DNA from: Deltaproteobacteria bacterium
GTDB lineage: Bacteria > Bdellovibrionota_C > UBA2361 > JAFLCA01
DNA: 64,000 bases
Direction of reading: 5' to 3'
Assembly: GCA_017302875.1 (NCBI GenBank)
Contig: JAFLCA010000002.1
Coordinates: forward strand, 1,118 to 65,117
Shown: positions 1 to 8,930 of the stretch, in pieces
Layout: each line of letters opens with the position of its first letter
Numbering within the stretch: the first letter of the stretch is position 1
Position numbers and translations under genes: made by a program
Notes under the pieces: model-generated
Told to the model about the DNA's origin: nothing
Database searches by the model: none
What the model saw: only the letters and a program-made list of their open reading frames with translations

Positions 1-376
1 CCAAAGCCGCTTGCACCTTTTGACGCTGTTCCCCAGTGACTGGATAAAAACGTCCGAGCTGGGAATACAGTCCCATCAGAACGAATTCCTGAACGCTGTG
101 AGGAAATTCAATGGTGAATAGCTGCGGCACGTACCCGATACGCTGGGCCAAAACACGGTTGGCGACACTTCGCAGCTCACTGCCCTCGAACATTACCTGC
201 CCCTGATACCCGCTCAGGACTCGAGCGATAATCTTCAGCAGGGTGGACTTTCCCGCCCCATTCGGGCCGACGATGGAGAAATAACTGCCCTTGTCGACCG
301 CGAACGAAACCTGCGTCAGCAAGCTTTTGCTGCCAATTGAGTAGGAAAGATCCCGGACCTGCAATAGTTCAGACAT
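1..376 (-). CDS. ABC transporter ATP-binding protein, N-terminal part (gene continues past window start); probable cobalamin/iron-chelate importer ATPase
   Basis: Not in ORF track because it is truncated. Reverse-strand translation from the ATG at 376 gives MSELLQVRDLSYSIGSKSLLTQVSFAVDKGSYFSIVGPNGAGKSTLL..., with Walker A GPNGAGKST. It starts 4 nt after the stop of the upstream binding-protein gene. Confidence 0.85.
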   Translation of the reverse strand, partial: MSELLQVRDLSYSIGSKSLLTQVSFAVDKGSYFSIVGPNGAGKSTLLKIIARVLSGYQGQVMFEGSELRSVANRVLAQRIGYVPQLFTIEFPHSVQEFVLMGLYSQLGRFYPVTGEQRQKVQAAL

Positions 377-380
377 ATGA

Positions 381-1250
381 CTAGGCGTCGGGGTGCAAAT
401 AACGGGCGAAGTCTTCGAGCACCCGCACAAAACGTGGACCAGGAACGGAAACATAGTCCTGGTCAACGATGAAGATCTTATTATTCTTTACCGCAGCCAC
501 GCTAGGCACGTCGCTCCAGGCCTGACGAATGGTGGCATGATTGAGCTGCTGGCCTCCATTTGCAAGCACAATCTCGATAACCACGTCCGGATTGAGATGC
601 ATAACGCCCTCGGCGCTAATCGTCGAAATACCGAGAGTCTTACTGGTCACCACATTCCTCCCCCCTGCAAGAGAGAGCACCTCATTGTAGAAACCATCCG
701 TGCCGGAAAGAAACAAACTCGTTAGTGTTCCATCTCCTGAGCTCTCACCCACCACCACCATGGTGCGAACCTCTGGCCGCCCCTTGACGCGCGCCTTTAC
801 TACCTCGATGCGCCTAAGAATATCATCCGCCATTACCCCCGCTTGCTGCGGCTGGCCGCACAGCGCACCAATTCGACGGATAGAATCATCGATACCGCGT
901 AAGGTACGATGCTCGAACGTTTCTGTTTTGAGACCGAGTGATTCAAGGTAGGGCAATTTCTCTCGGAATTCACTAAGGCCAAGGACAATGGTGGGCCTCA
1001 AGGCCACTATCGCTTCAAAATTCGGATCGAGTAGTGCACCTACTCGTGGCTTGGCACGCGCTTCGACCGGATAATCCGAATAGCGCGATACTCCGACAAC
1101 TCGATCGCCTAGTCCCAACGCAAAAAGGATTTCCGTGATGCTAGGGGCTAGGGAGATGACCCGTTCACACGAGCCTGAGCTAACTGGCTGTGCGTTTGCC
1201 GAAGCCGCTAGGCACAGGAAAACGACAACGATCGAGAAGACAATTCTCAT
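381..1250 (-). CDS. Periplasmic substrate-binding protein of ABC importer, BtuF/FhuD-like (cobalamin/iron-chelate class)
   Basis: 289-aa ORF with signal peptide MRIVFSIVVVFLCLAASANA. Contains the ISLAPSITEILFALGL..VVGVS pattern typical of class III binding proteins. Overlaps the TonB-receptor gene by 4 nt and sits in a riboswitch-controlled operon. Confidence 0.8.
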   Translation of the reverse strand: MRIVFSIVVVFLCLAASANAQPVSSGSCERVISLAPSITEILFALGLGDRVVGVSRYSDYPVEARAKPRVGALLDPNFEAIVALRPTIVLGLSEFREKLPYLESLGLKTETFEHRTLRGIDDSIRRIGALCGQPQQAGVMADDILRRIEVVKARVKGRPEVRTMVVVGESSGDGTLTSLFLSGTDGFYNEVLSLAGGRNVVTSKTLGISTISAEGVMHLNPDVVIEIVLANGGQQLNHATIRQAWSDVPSVAAVKNNKIFIVDQDYVSVPGPRFVRVLEDFARYLHPDA

Positions 1251-3184
1251 AGTTTCAGCTTTATGCCGCCGTATGCCGCAGCCCCGCGAGTTCCATATCC
1301 ATACACCTCTTCGTAATCGCGATCGAAGAGATTATCCACGCGAGCGAAGAGTTCGACATTCTTATGAATCTCGTAATTGGTCGCTACATTCACTGTGGTA
1401 TAACTGGGCAGATTGATGCGGGAAGCAGGATAGGTTGAAAAATCATTGTCGACGCTCTGACCTACCACCAAGACGCTCAGGATTACATTGCCCTTCGCAG
1501 AAAACTGATAGGTTGTATCAGATGCAAACTTGCTCTTTGGGCGGCGCAACAGCTGCTCACCCGTGTCCAAATCCCTCGCGCGCAAATAGGTATAACTGAG
1601 CTTCGTCGTCACTTGTTTCAGGGGACGAGCGCTCAAAGAAGTTTCCAAACCTTGGGTTCGGGCACGCGCAATATTCTCGGAAATAAAGGTGTTGGGATCG
1701 AAGGTGATCAGATCATCAAAGTCGTTCCAGAAATAAGTTACCCCTGCCGCCAACTTGTCTCCGATAATCTGCTGCTCGATACCGCCGTCTACGCCGAGAC
1801 TCTTTTCCGGCTTCAAGTCAGGATTTCCAAAACTGGAGTACAGCTGGTAGAGCGACGGGGCTTTAAAACCTGTGCCGACCGAGCCGGTCAGACGCGTGCC
1901 GGTCGAGTCAATCTGATAGCCCGGCGCGACTTTCCAAGAAACCTCGGATCCGAATTCAGAATGATCATCCACTCGAATACCGGTCGTGCCGAAAAACTGC
2001 CCGGCGTTAAAGTGTCCCTGCGCAAAATAGCCGTTCGTTCGGGCTGACTGCGGATCAAAGTCACCATTATATGGCCCAAAAGGCCCCTCCGAGTAGTACT
2101 GAGAACTACCGCGCTCACGCTCTGTCTCCGCGCCGAAAATGAAATTGAACCATTCCGTAACGGCGACATTATTCTGCCAATCAAATTTGAGCAGCTTTCC
2201 GTCGTAGCGGCTGCGGAGCATCTCGCTCGACTGGGCATCGACATCGTTATTGTCGGTGAACCATTGATCGGCGTAACCCACTCCAAAAGTCTGCTTAAGC
2301 TTTCCATCAAAGAAGGAGGTGCCAGCTTCGAAACGTGAGAAGGACTCCTCATGCTTCAACATCCGATTAGGATCATCAGCGCCCGGGCCACCGCCATTGT
2401 CGAGCTTTGCGTCGGAATGGTTGTAGCGCGAGGTTAGCTTAAACTGCAGTTGCTCGAGGGGTTGGTATCCAAGACGGCCCGAAAACCCGGTGTTCTTGTA
2501 GCTATCTTTCTCCGTATTCCCGAATTTTTCATCGGCGGCAGAAATACTGTGCGAGTTCTCCTGGGTCATACCGAATGAAAAGTCGACTTGCTTTTCAGAG
2601 CCCGAGAGCCCGGCTTTTTCCGTGTAGGTGTTATATGAACCGGCTTCAGCAGAAGCAAAAGCATGCGGAGTACCATCTCCTTTTTTGGTGATAATATTTA
2701 TCACGCCGCCCATAGCATCAGAGCCGTACAAAGTGCTTTGGGGTCCGCGCAATACTTCGATCTGCTCGATATTCTCGCTATCGAGATCGGCAAAGTTAAA
2801 TGAGCGAGTTGGAGAGATAGGATCATTTGCTTCCACACCGTCAATTAACACCAAGGTGTGTTCGGAATTGGCGCCGCGAATAAAGACCGCCGTATTACCT
2901 CCCACCGGACCGCTGCGAACAACGTCAACACCAGGCAAGTTCCGCAGAGCCTCACTCACGTGTGTAATTTGCTTCTCTTCTATTTCTCGCCCTGGAACGA
3001 CCGACATGGAGCTGGCAACCTGCTCGATTGGCATCTCGGTGCGATTGGCGGTGACAACAACGACACGGGCCGGCCTGTCGGATTCACTTGCTAATTCTGA
3101 GGCGAGATCTTCAGAGATCGCAGGGGCTGGGGCACAGGCAAGACAGACAAGGACGAAACTCAGCGTCGAAATGCGGAAGCTCAT
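1247..3184 (-). CDS. btuB: TonB-dependent outer-membrane receptor, BtuB-like
   Basis: 645-aa ORF with a signal peptide. TonB-box-like VVVVTANR (compare E. coli BtuB DTLVVTANR). Plug motif IEVLRGPQSTLYGSDAMGGVINIITK, followed by a long beta-barrel region. Lies directly downstream of a cobalamin riboswitch. Confidence 0.85.
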   Translation of the reverse strand: MSFRISTLSFVLVCLACAPAPAISEDLASELASESDRPARVVVVTANRTEMPIEQVASSMSVVPGREIEEKQITHVSEALRNLPGVDVVRSGPVGGNTAVFIRGANSEHTLVLIDGVEANDPISPTRSFNFADLDSENIEQIEVLRGPQSTLYGSDAMGGVINIITKKGDGTPHAFASAEAGSYNTYTEKAGLSGSEKQVDFSFGMTQENSHSISAADEKFGNTEKDSYKNTGFSGRLGYQPLEQLQFKLTSRYNHSDAKLDNGGGPGADDPNRMLKHEESFSRFEAGTSFFDGKLKQTFGVGYADQWFTDNNDVDAQSSEMLRSRYDGKLLKFDWQNNVAVTEWFNFIFGAETERERGSSQYYSEGPFGPYNGDFDPQSARTNGYFAQGHFNAGQFFGTTGIRVDDHSEFGSEVSWKVAPGYQIDSTGTRLTGSVGTGFKAPSLYQLYSSFGNPDLKPEKSLGVDGGIEQQIIGDKLAAGVTYFWNDFDDLITFDPNTFISENIARARTQGLETSLSARPLKQVTTKLSYTYLRARDLDTGEQLLRRPKSKFASDTTYQFSAKGNVILSVLVVGQSVDNDFSTYPASRINLPSYTTVNVATNYEIHKNVELFARVDNLFDRDYEEVYGYGTRGAAAYGGIKLKL

Positions 3185-3289
3185 ATCGGGACTCCAATTG
3201 AATATCGCCTGGCAACGAGTGCCTTCCGCTACGAGGTAACGTACTTAGAACCACGACCGGCAATAACAGCTCACCCCACTCCACGAGGG

Positions 3290-3490
3290 CGTTTAAAGTG
3301 TTTGACGCGTAGGTCTTCTGGCTAGCAGACAAAACTCCGATTTCTAGCCTTCCCGGATAAAAACACCCAGTGGCTGAAGTGAAAGCGGCGGTCACAACAT
3401 GCTATGTCTGTTACAGCGGCGGGCCCGCGACGGATTCTCACCGTACTTCCCTTGAACGCATCGGCGCAGTTTTTACCACAAAGCCCCTCG
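3290..3490 (-). promoter_or_regulatory. Cobalamin (B12) riboswitch in the 5' leader of btuB
   Basis: Reverse strand reads ...AAGGGAAGUACGGUGAGAAUCCGUCGCGGGCCCGCCGCUGUAAC... (core, about 3413-3451). It continues ...GCCACUGGGUGUUUUUAUCCGGGAAGGCUAGAAAUCGG...CUAGCCAGAAGACCUACG (B12 box at 3311-3323). About 125 nt of expression platform lie before the btuB ATG at 3184. Confidence 0.8.
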
Positions 3491-3567
3491 TAAAAGTAGT
3501 GCCGCAGGCACTCCCCGAAAAAGAGCTGCTGCCGCAACAGTTCGAATATGAGAAAATTCAGGAAGAT

Positions 3568-5061
3568 ATGTCTGCATCTCTTTTCAGAAGCTTACTCTCC
3601 AGCTGGATCGGCCTCGTCGTCGCGATATTCATCGGGCTTTGCATTTCACCCTTCGTGGTGCACACCCTGGGCACGGAAGACTACGGATACTGGACCTTCG
3701 TTTTAGCCCTGACCAGTCAGTTCATCATTCTAGACCTGGGCGCCCGTGAAGCAATCGTTTCGCTCGTCGCCAAGTATCGCCATGAAGGGAGCCCAGCAAA
3801 AGTTTCGGAGGTTCTCTCAAGCGGGACTTTCTTTTTCGCCTGCAGCGCGCTGTTAGCGTTATTGCTTATGTGTGCCGTACTTCCCTTTCTGGGATCGCTA
3901 ACCCACGTTGAGCCGCACCGCTTACAAATTCTGCAATGCATATTTCTGATCTCGGCTTTGGATACGGCGATAGAAATTGTATTTGGAGTTTTTGATGGCG
4001 CCCTAGCAGGATCGGAACGCTACGACGTTCTAACTAGCCTGAATGTCGTTCGATTGATCGTAAACGCACTGGCGCTCTGGATCGTATTGAGTGCGGGACT
4101 AGGTTTGATCGGGCTTGCCGTCACCATCGTGAGCCTGCGCTTTTTACAACGCTTGGCCAGTTGTGCATTCGCGTTTCACTTTAATCCCCAGGTTAAACTT
4201 CGACGCTCTGGAGTTACACGAAACACCCTGACCACAATCGCAAAATACGGCGTGTGGGCTTCGATTATCCATATCTCGAATCGACTCATCTACCGCGTCG
4301 ACACGGTAATTGCGGGCATTTTTATCGGAGCAAGCGGTGTTACTCTCTACGCGATCCCCCTTATCTTAATCGATCAGTTTCGCATGTTTGCCGAAACCGG
4401 CAATGGAATCCTCACGCCACGCTTCAGCAGACTGGCGGCATCCGGCGACACCGAAACCACCAAACTTATTCTTTTGAAGTGGTCCCGCTACAGCCTAATG
4501 CTGGCGTTGGCTGTAGGTGGACCGCTCATGGTTTTCGGCGGAGATTTCCTGATCTTGTGGATGGGAAAAGGTTTTGCGGCTTCTATCCCGATCTTGCTGC
4601 TGCTGACCCTGCCCTCATTCCTCACGCTTCCGACCATGGTCTTTAACTACTATTTATACGCGACCAACAGGCACAAGCTTAATGCGAGAGTTCTGGCACT
4701 TGAAGCGAGCAGCAACGTGCTTCTTTCGGTTTTATTTGTGCGTCATTTTGGTTTGCCGGGTATTGCGCTCGGAACCCTGATTCCAGCCCTCCTGTGCCGA
4801 GGATTGATTCTCCCGCTCGAAGCTACCAAAAGCTCTCCCATCACTTTGGCCGACTACGTCCGTGGTTCCTTCATTTCCTGCTTACCTCTGGCGGCGGCTC
4901 ACTTTGCGGTGCTCTTCCTGCTGCGCTCAGCCATTGGAGCCCAAAGCTGGCTCGGCTTCCTCAGCTGTAACGCCCTGGGGATCGCGTTCTTTGCATCGCT
5001 ACTATGGATTTTTTACCTGGGTAGCGAGGAGAAAGCCTATCTAGCTCGTCGCCTACGCTAA
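3568..5061 (+). CDS. Polysaccharide/oligosaccharide flippase (MOP/Wzx-type polysaccharide biosynthesis protein)
   Basis: The ORF track starts at 3370, but the first 198 nt overlap the riboswitch region and encode non-hydrophobic sequence. The ATG at 3568 (MSASLFRSLLSSWIGLVVAIF...) begins a highly hydrophobic multi-TM protein with Wzx-like architecture. Confidence 0.65.
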   Translation: MSASLFRSLLSSWIGLVVAIFIGLCISPFVVHTLGTEDYGYWTFVLALTSQFIILDLGAREAIVSLVAKYRHEGSPAKVSEVLSSGTFFFACSALLALLLMCAVLPFLGSLTHVEPHRLQILQCIFLISALDTAIEIVFGVFDGALAGSERYDVLTSLNVVRLIVNALALWIVLSAGLGLIGLAVTIVSLRFLQRLASCAFAFHFNPQVKLRRSGVTRNTLTTIAKYGVWASIIHISNRLIYRVDTVIAGIFIGASGVTLYAIPLILIDQFRMFAETGNGILTPRFSRLAASGDTETTKLILLKWSRYSLMLALAVGGPLMVFGGDFLILWMGKGFAASIPILLLLTLPSFLTLPTMVFNYYLYATNRHKLNARVLALEASSNVLLSVLFVRHFGLPGIALGTLIPALLCRGLILPLEATKSSPITLADYVRGSFISCLPLAAAHFAVLFLLRSAIGAQSWLGFLSCNALGIAFFASLLWIFYLGSEEKAYLARRLR

Positions 5062-5154
5062 GTCCGCGACCTCCCGGCCCACCTCGATAGACGCTTTCGA
5101 GCCTCAGAATTAGGATGTATTAGCCTCACTTTTCCAAGTACTATTCTGAGCACT

Positions 5155-6027
5155 ATGGGGAAGAAACTCGGATTCATCGGTCTTGGGATCATGGGCACGG
5201 CAATGGCGGAAAACCTGCTCAAAAAAGGGTATCCGCTTATCGCTTTCAATCGATCTGCGCATAAGACGGCGGCACTCTCCAAGCTCGGAGCTGAAGTCGC
5301 TCCCTCGGCAGCGGAATGCGCGGCAAGCTGCGACGTTCTACTCATTAATTTACCCGACGGTCCCTCCATCCAGGAACTTTTGTTTGGCCCCAGCGCTACC
5401 GCGCAGTCCCTGCGAAGCGGATCCACGGTAGTCATTTTTTCGACCATCGCACCCCGCGAAGCCGTGCAGATCGCGCGCGCGCTGGGCGAAAAGGGAATCA
5501 ATTGTCTTGATGCCCCGGTCAGTGGCGGAGATATCGGAGCAAAGAATGCCAGCCTCAGCATTATGGTTGGTGGTGAACGACAGATCTTTGACCAGCAATT
5601 GGATGTATTTGAAGCGCTCGGAAAGAAGATTTCCTTTATGGGAAAAAGCGGCTGCGGACAGATGATGAAAGCCGTAAACCAAATCGCAGTTGCGCTTAGC
5701 GTCGCGGCTATGACTGAAAGCTTGGTGTTGGCGAAGAACGCTGGACTTGACCAACAAGCGGCGCTTGAGATCCTTCAATCAGGCGCGGCCGGGTCTTGGT
5801 CGATGAGCAATTACGCTCCGCGTATCCTGAGCGGGGATCTCAAACCCGGGTTCTTCGCTAAACACATGCTCAAGGATTTGCAAATTGTGCTTGAAGAGTC
5901 GCGCGCGCTGGGGCTCTCCCTGCCCGGAGCGAACCTCATGAAGGAGCTCTACCAATCGCTCTGCGAAGGCCCCGGCGCCGAATTAGGCAATCACGCACTC
6001 ATTGAGCTGTATACTCGGCATTGCTAA
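5155..6027 (+). CDS. NAD(P)-dependent oxidoreductase, 3-hydroxyisobutyrate / 2-hydroxy-3-oxopropionate reductase family
   Basis: 290 aa with N-terminal Rossmann motif LGFIGLGIMGTAMAENL. Internal DAPVSGG and GxxGxGQxxKxxNQ patterns are typical of the HIBADH family. Confidence 0.8.
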   Translation: MGKKLGFIGLGIMGTAMAENLLKKGYPLIAFNRSAHKTAALSKLGAEVAPSAAECAASCDVLLINLPDGPSIQELLFGPSATAQSLRSGSTVVIFSTIAPREAVQIARALGEKGINCLDAPVSGGDIGAKNASLSIMVGGERQIFDQQLDVFEALGKKISFMGKSGCGQMMKAVNQIAVALSVAAMTESLVLAKNAGLDQQAALEILQSGAAGSWSMSNYAPRILSGDLKPGFFAKHMLKDLQIVLEESRALGLSLPGANLMKELYQSLCEGPGAELGNHALIELYTRHC

Positions 6028-7031
6028 TGGACGTTTCGATCTTAATTCGATCGCTTAACGCGGAAGCGCTGCTCACGCGATGCCTAACCGCCCTAGCCAA
6101 ACAACAGACTAAGCTGCGCAGCGAGATCGTACTGCTTGACTGCAGCTCCGACGATAGAACACGTGAAATTGCGCGTTCGTTCGGGGTCAACATCTACACC
6201 ATTCCCCGCAACCTATTCACCTTCTCCTCAGCCCTTAATGCCGGGGCGCAGCTTTGCCGCGGAGAATTCATGATTTCGCTTTCCGCCGACGCGGTGCCGG
6301 CCAGGGAAGATTGGCTCGATACACTAATCGCTCCACTGCTTAGCTCCCCAAATGTAACCGCTAGCTTCTCGCGGCAAGTGCCCTGGGAGCAGGACCCTAT
6401 CCCGCAACAGCAGGAAATCGCGACCGAGTTCGGCGAAGCGGCCTGGCTACGCGACAAAGCCAACTTCCAGCAGCTTTTAAATGAGAACTTAGAGCCCTTC
6501 GCCCTTCTCACCTTTTCCAACGTCAGCTCATGTATGCGCCGCGACTTTATCCTGAGCCACCCCTTCTACGAGCTGCCGTACTTCGAAGATCGCGCTTTTG
6601 CGCTTGATGTGTTGAGCGCAGGGACAGCCTTCGCCTACGCTCCCGAAAGTGTCGTGTATCACAGCCACGCCCCCCACCTCCCCGCCGCGCTATCGGTCTC
6701 GGAGCGCGGCGTCGTATCACGAGCCGCGATCAATCGCGAGGCGGCACGGCGCTTCAATAAACCGCTGGAGAACCTCTTCATTTCCACCCCCAGGAGAGCG
6801 CTCCTAGAGGTCCCCGCCACGTTCTCGCGATCTGCGTTGAAGATTCTTAAAACTCTGCTAATTTCAAGATCCGCAAGCCGCCGTAGCGAGATCGCGTACT
6901 ACATTTCGCAAGGAGGAATTGCTCTCGGCACGTTGCGAGCGGTCACGGCTGTTCATCAAGACGGCCCCTTGGCGCTTAAACGGTCCGACCCCACAAAACT
7001 TTTTTTGCAGGCTCGAAAGGATCGCACCTAG
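6027..7031 (+). CDS. Glycosyltransferase family 2
   Basis: ATG at 6027 overlaps the stop of the previous gene (TAATG); the ORF track's TTG at 6021 is an alternative start. N-terminal GT-A pattern SILIRSLNAEALLTRCLTALAKQ...LLDCSSDDRTREIA. Confidence 0.7.
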   Translation: MDVSILIRSLNAEALLTRCLTALAKQQTKLRSEIVLLDCSSDDRTREIARSFGVNIYTIPRNLFTFSSALNAGAQLCRGEFMISLSADAVPAREDWLDTLIAPLLSSPNVTASFSRQVPWEQDPIPQQQEIATEFGEAAWLRDKANFQQLLNENLEPFALLTFSNVSSCMRRDFILSHPFYELPYFEDRAFALDVLSAGTAFAYAPESVVYHSHAPHLPAALSVSERGVVSRAAINREAARRFNKPLENLFISTPRRALLEVPATFSRSALKILKTLLISRSASRRSEIAYYISQGGIALGTLRAVTAVHQDGPLALKRSDPTKLFLQARKDRT

Positions 7032-8204
7032 ATGTCGAATGAACGACAATTTATTTTTTTGATAGACGGCCTTCGCCACGACTACGTAACAGCAGGCGGA
7101 ACTCCGTTCCTGCACCACCTGAAAGAGAAGTCTTTGCACGCAGTGGTCGAAGAACCTCTGTTTGCTGACGCAGAACTCGCCTACAGCGCCGGACCTTCGG
7201 CGAGCAACTGCGGCTCCTGCTTTGCCTTCGACTTCGATCCGCAACATTCGCCATTTTCCTTCCTGAAGCGGCTTGCTCCACTCTGCAAATTTTTCGAGTC
7301 TCTGCGTTGCGATGGATTTTTTCGTGGCAGTATCCGTCGTCACGCTGAAGGCCTCGAGGAGAGCAAGGGCAGCCAACTTGCTAATCCTGCACTAGGAACA
7401 GCCTTTGTGCCCCTGCACCTCTTACCATTCTTTCGCCCGCGCCGAGCAATTCAGAGTAACTCTATCTTCGATGCGCTCACTGCTCACGGAACAACTTGCA
7501 ACACGATTGCCGCTCCGGAGCAATCTGAAAGCACAGAAACCACGCTCCAGCGATATGCGGCAGCACCTGATGCGCAAGTTGCCTTCATTCGTTTTTCTGA
7601 AGTAGGTCAGCTCGGCACACAGCACGGACCAAAGTCAGCACAGGTCGCCAAGTCTCTCCGAAAAATTGATGCGGCTGTTCGCCGACTGCTAGAGCCAGCG
7701 GAGAATGGCATTCGAGCAATCATCTTTGGAACCTACGGACTTGTGGAAGTTACCTCCCGTATCGATCTTCGAGCAGCACTCGGCAAGCTGCCCTTTCAGG
7801 AGGGCAAAGACTATGTCCCATTCATTGAGGACACGCGGGCGCTATTTTGGTTTCCGAATCCGAAATCTCGTAGCGCCGTTGAAGGACTCCTGTCCGGAGT
7901 TACACAAGGTAGGATTCTCTCGGAAGAGGAGCTGCAAAAGAACGGAATTAGAAGGGATGCGGCGCACTGCGGCGAGATTTTCTTCGCTCTAGCCGGGGGC
8001 GCAGCCTTCTCCCCGTCCTTCACGAGCCCGCTTCGCAGCCTGCCGAAAGGCCTGCATGGGAACCTCCGCGAGGTCGCCGACAGCACATTCCAGCTAATAG
8101 CGACGGCCCCGCAACTGCGATCTGAAGACTTGGGTAAGCTCCCAATGACTCAGATCTACAGCATTATTCGCGACAACGTGATCCCGCCCGCCCTGCGAGT
8201 CTAA
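7032..8204 (+). CDS. Alkaline-phosphatase-superfamily protein (nucleotide pyrophosphatase/phosphodiesterase-like)
   Basis: 390 aa. N-terminal FIFLIDGLRHDYV resembles the metal-ligand motif of the PF01663-type family. The ATG immediately follows the GT2 stop codon. Confidence 0.45.
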   Translation: MSNERQFIFLIDGLRHDYVTAGGTPFLHHLKEKSLHAVVEEPLFADAELAYSAGPSASNCGSCFAFDFDPQHSPFSFLKRLAPLCKFFESLRCDGFFRGSIRRHAEGLEESKGSQLANPALGTAFVPLHLLPFFRPRRAIQSNSIFDALTAHGTTCNTIAAPEQSESTETTLQRYAAAPDAQVAFIRFSEVGQLGTQHGPKSAQVAKSLRKIDAAVRRLLEPAENGIRAIIFGTYGLVEVTSRIDLRAALGKLPFQEGKDYVPFIEDTRALFWFPNPKSRSAVEGLLSGVTQGRILSEEELQKNGIRRDAAHCGEIFFALAGGAAFSPSFTSPLRSLPKGLHGNLREVADSTFQLIATAPQLRSEDLGKLPMTQIYSIIRDNVIPPALRV

Positions 8205-8294
8205 AGACCTTGATCTAGCATCAGATTGAAGGCATCATGTAATGAGTGGAGTTTATTGTGTTTTTATGTCCCCAACCTTTTTAGGAGTTAGTAT

Positions 8295-8873
8295 TTGAGC
8301 ACCTTCCAAAATTCCGGTTCCGGTGACCGCGGCCCTCGTTTCAAGCGCCCTCAGCAACCCCCCGACGCACATAGAATTAACGATCGCATAATCGCACGAG
8401 AAGTCCGTTTGATCGGCGATGGCGGGGAGCAACTCGGAATAGTGCAAACTCGCGACGCGCTCCTGCGCGCCGAACAAGAAGGATTGGATCTCGTCGAAGT
8501 TTCCCCCGAAGCTAAGCCGCCCGTCTGTCGTCTCATGGACTACGGCAAGTTCAAGTATCGCGAACAGAAGCGTGAAGCTGAAGCGCGCAAAAAACACCAC
8601 GAGAGTTCTCTTAAGGAATTGCGCATCCGCTATCGCACGGACGTGGGTGACTTGGAAACCAAGCTCAAGCAAGCACGAGATTTTCTCGCCGAAGGCAACA
8701 AAGTTAAGTTTTCAATGAGATTCAAAGGGCGTGAAGCCATGTATCTCAGCCTCGGAATCGAGAAGTTCAACTTAATTGCGCAGCGTCTTGCCGACGTGGC
8801 AACAGTGGACGAGAAGTCCCCTGCCTACGGGAAGCAAATTCATATCGTCTTTGCTCCGGCAAAAACGAAGTAG
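8295..8873 (+). CDS. infC: Translation initiation factor IF-3
   Basis: 192 aa. RINDRIIAREVRLIGDGGEQLGIV...EQEGLDLVEVSPEAKPPVCRLMDYGKFKYREQK matches IF-3 closely. TTG start with an AGGAG Shine-Dalgarno 7 nt upstream. Confidence 0.95.
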   Translation: MSTFQNSGSGDRGPRFKRPQQPPDAHRINDRIIAREVRLIGDGGEQLGIVQTRDALLRAEQEGLDLVEVSPEAKPPVCRLMDYGKFKYREQKREAEARKKHHESSLKELRIRYRTDVGDLETKLKQARDFLAEGNKVKFSMRFKGREAMYLSLGIEKFNLIAQRLADVATVDEKSPAYGKQIHIVFAPAKTK

Positions 8874-8930
8874 CGCGACGCTTCCGCACGCACCGTACCG
8901 CGGCATAGCGCGGAAGATCTGGGATACGCC

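Noticed and set aside
3370-3567. N-terminal 66-aa extension of the flippase ORF.
   Set aside because: It overlaps the cobalamin riboswitch and promoter region of the divergent operon and encodes non-hydrophobic, Cys-rich sequence. The ATG at 3568 begins the membrane protein proper.
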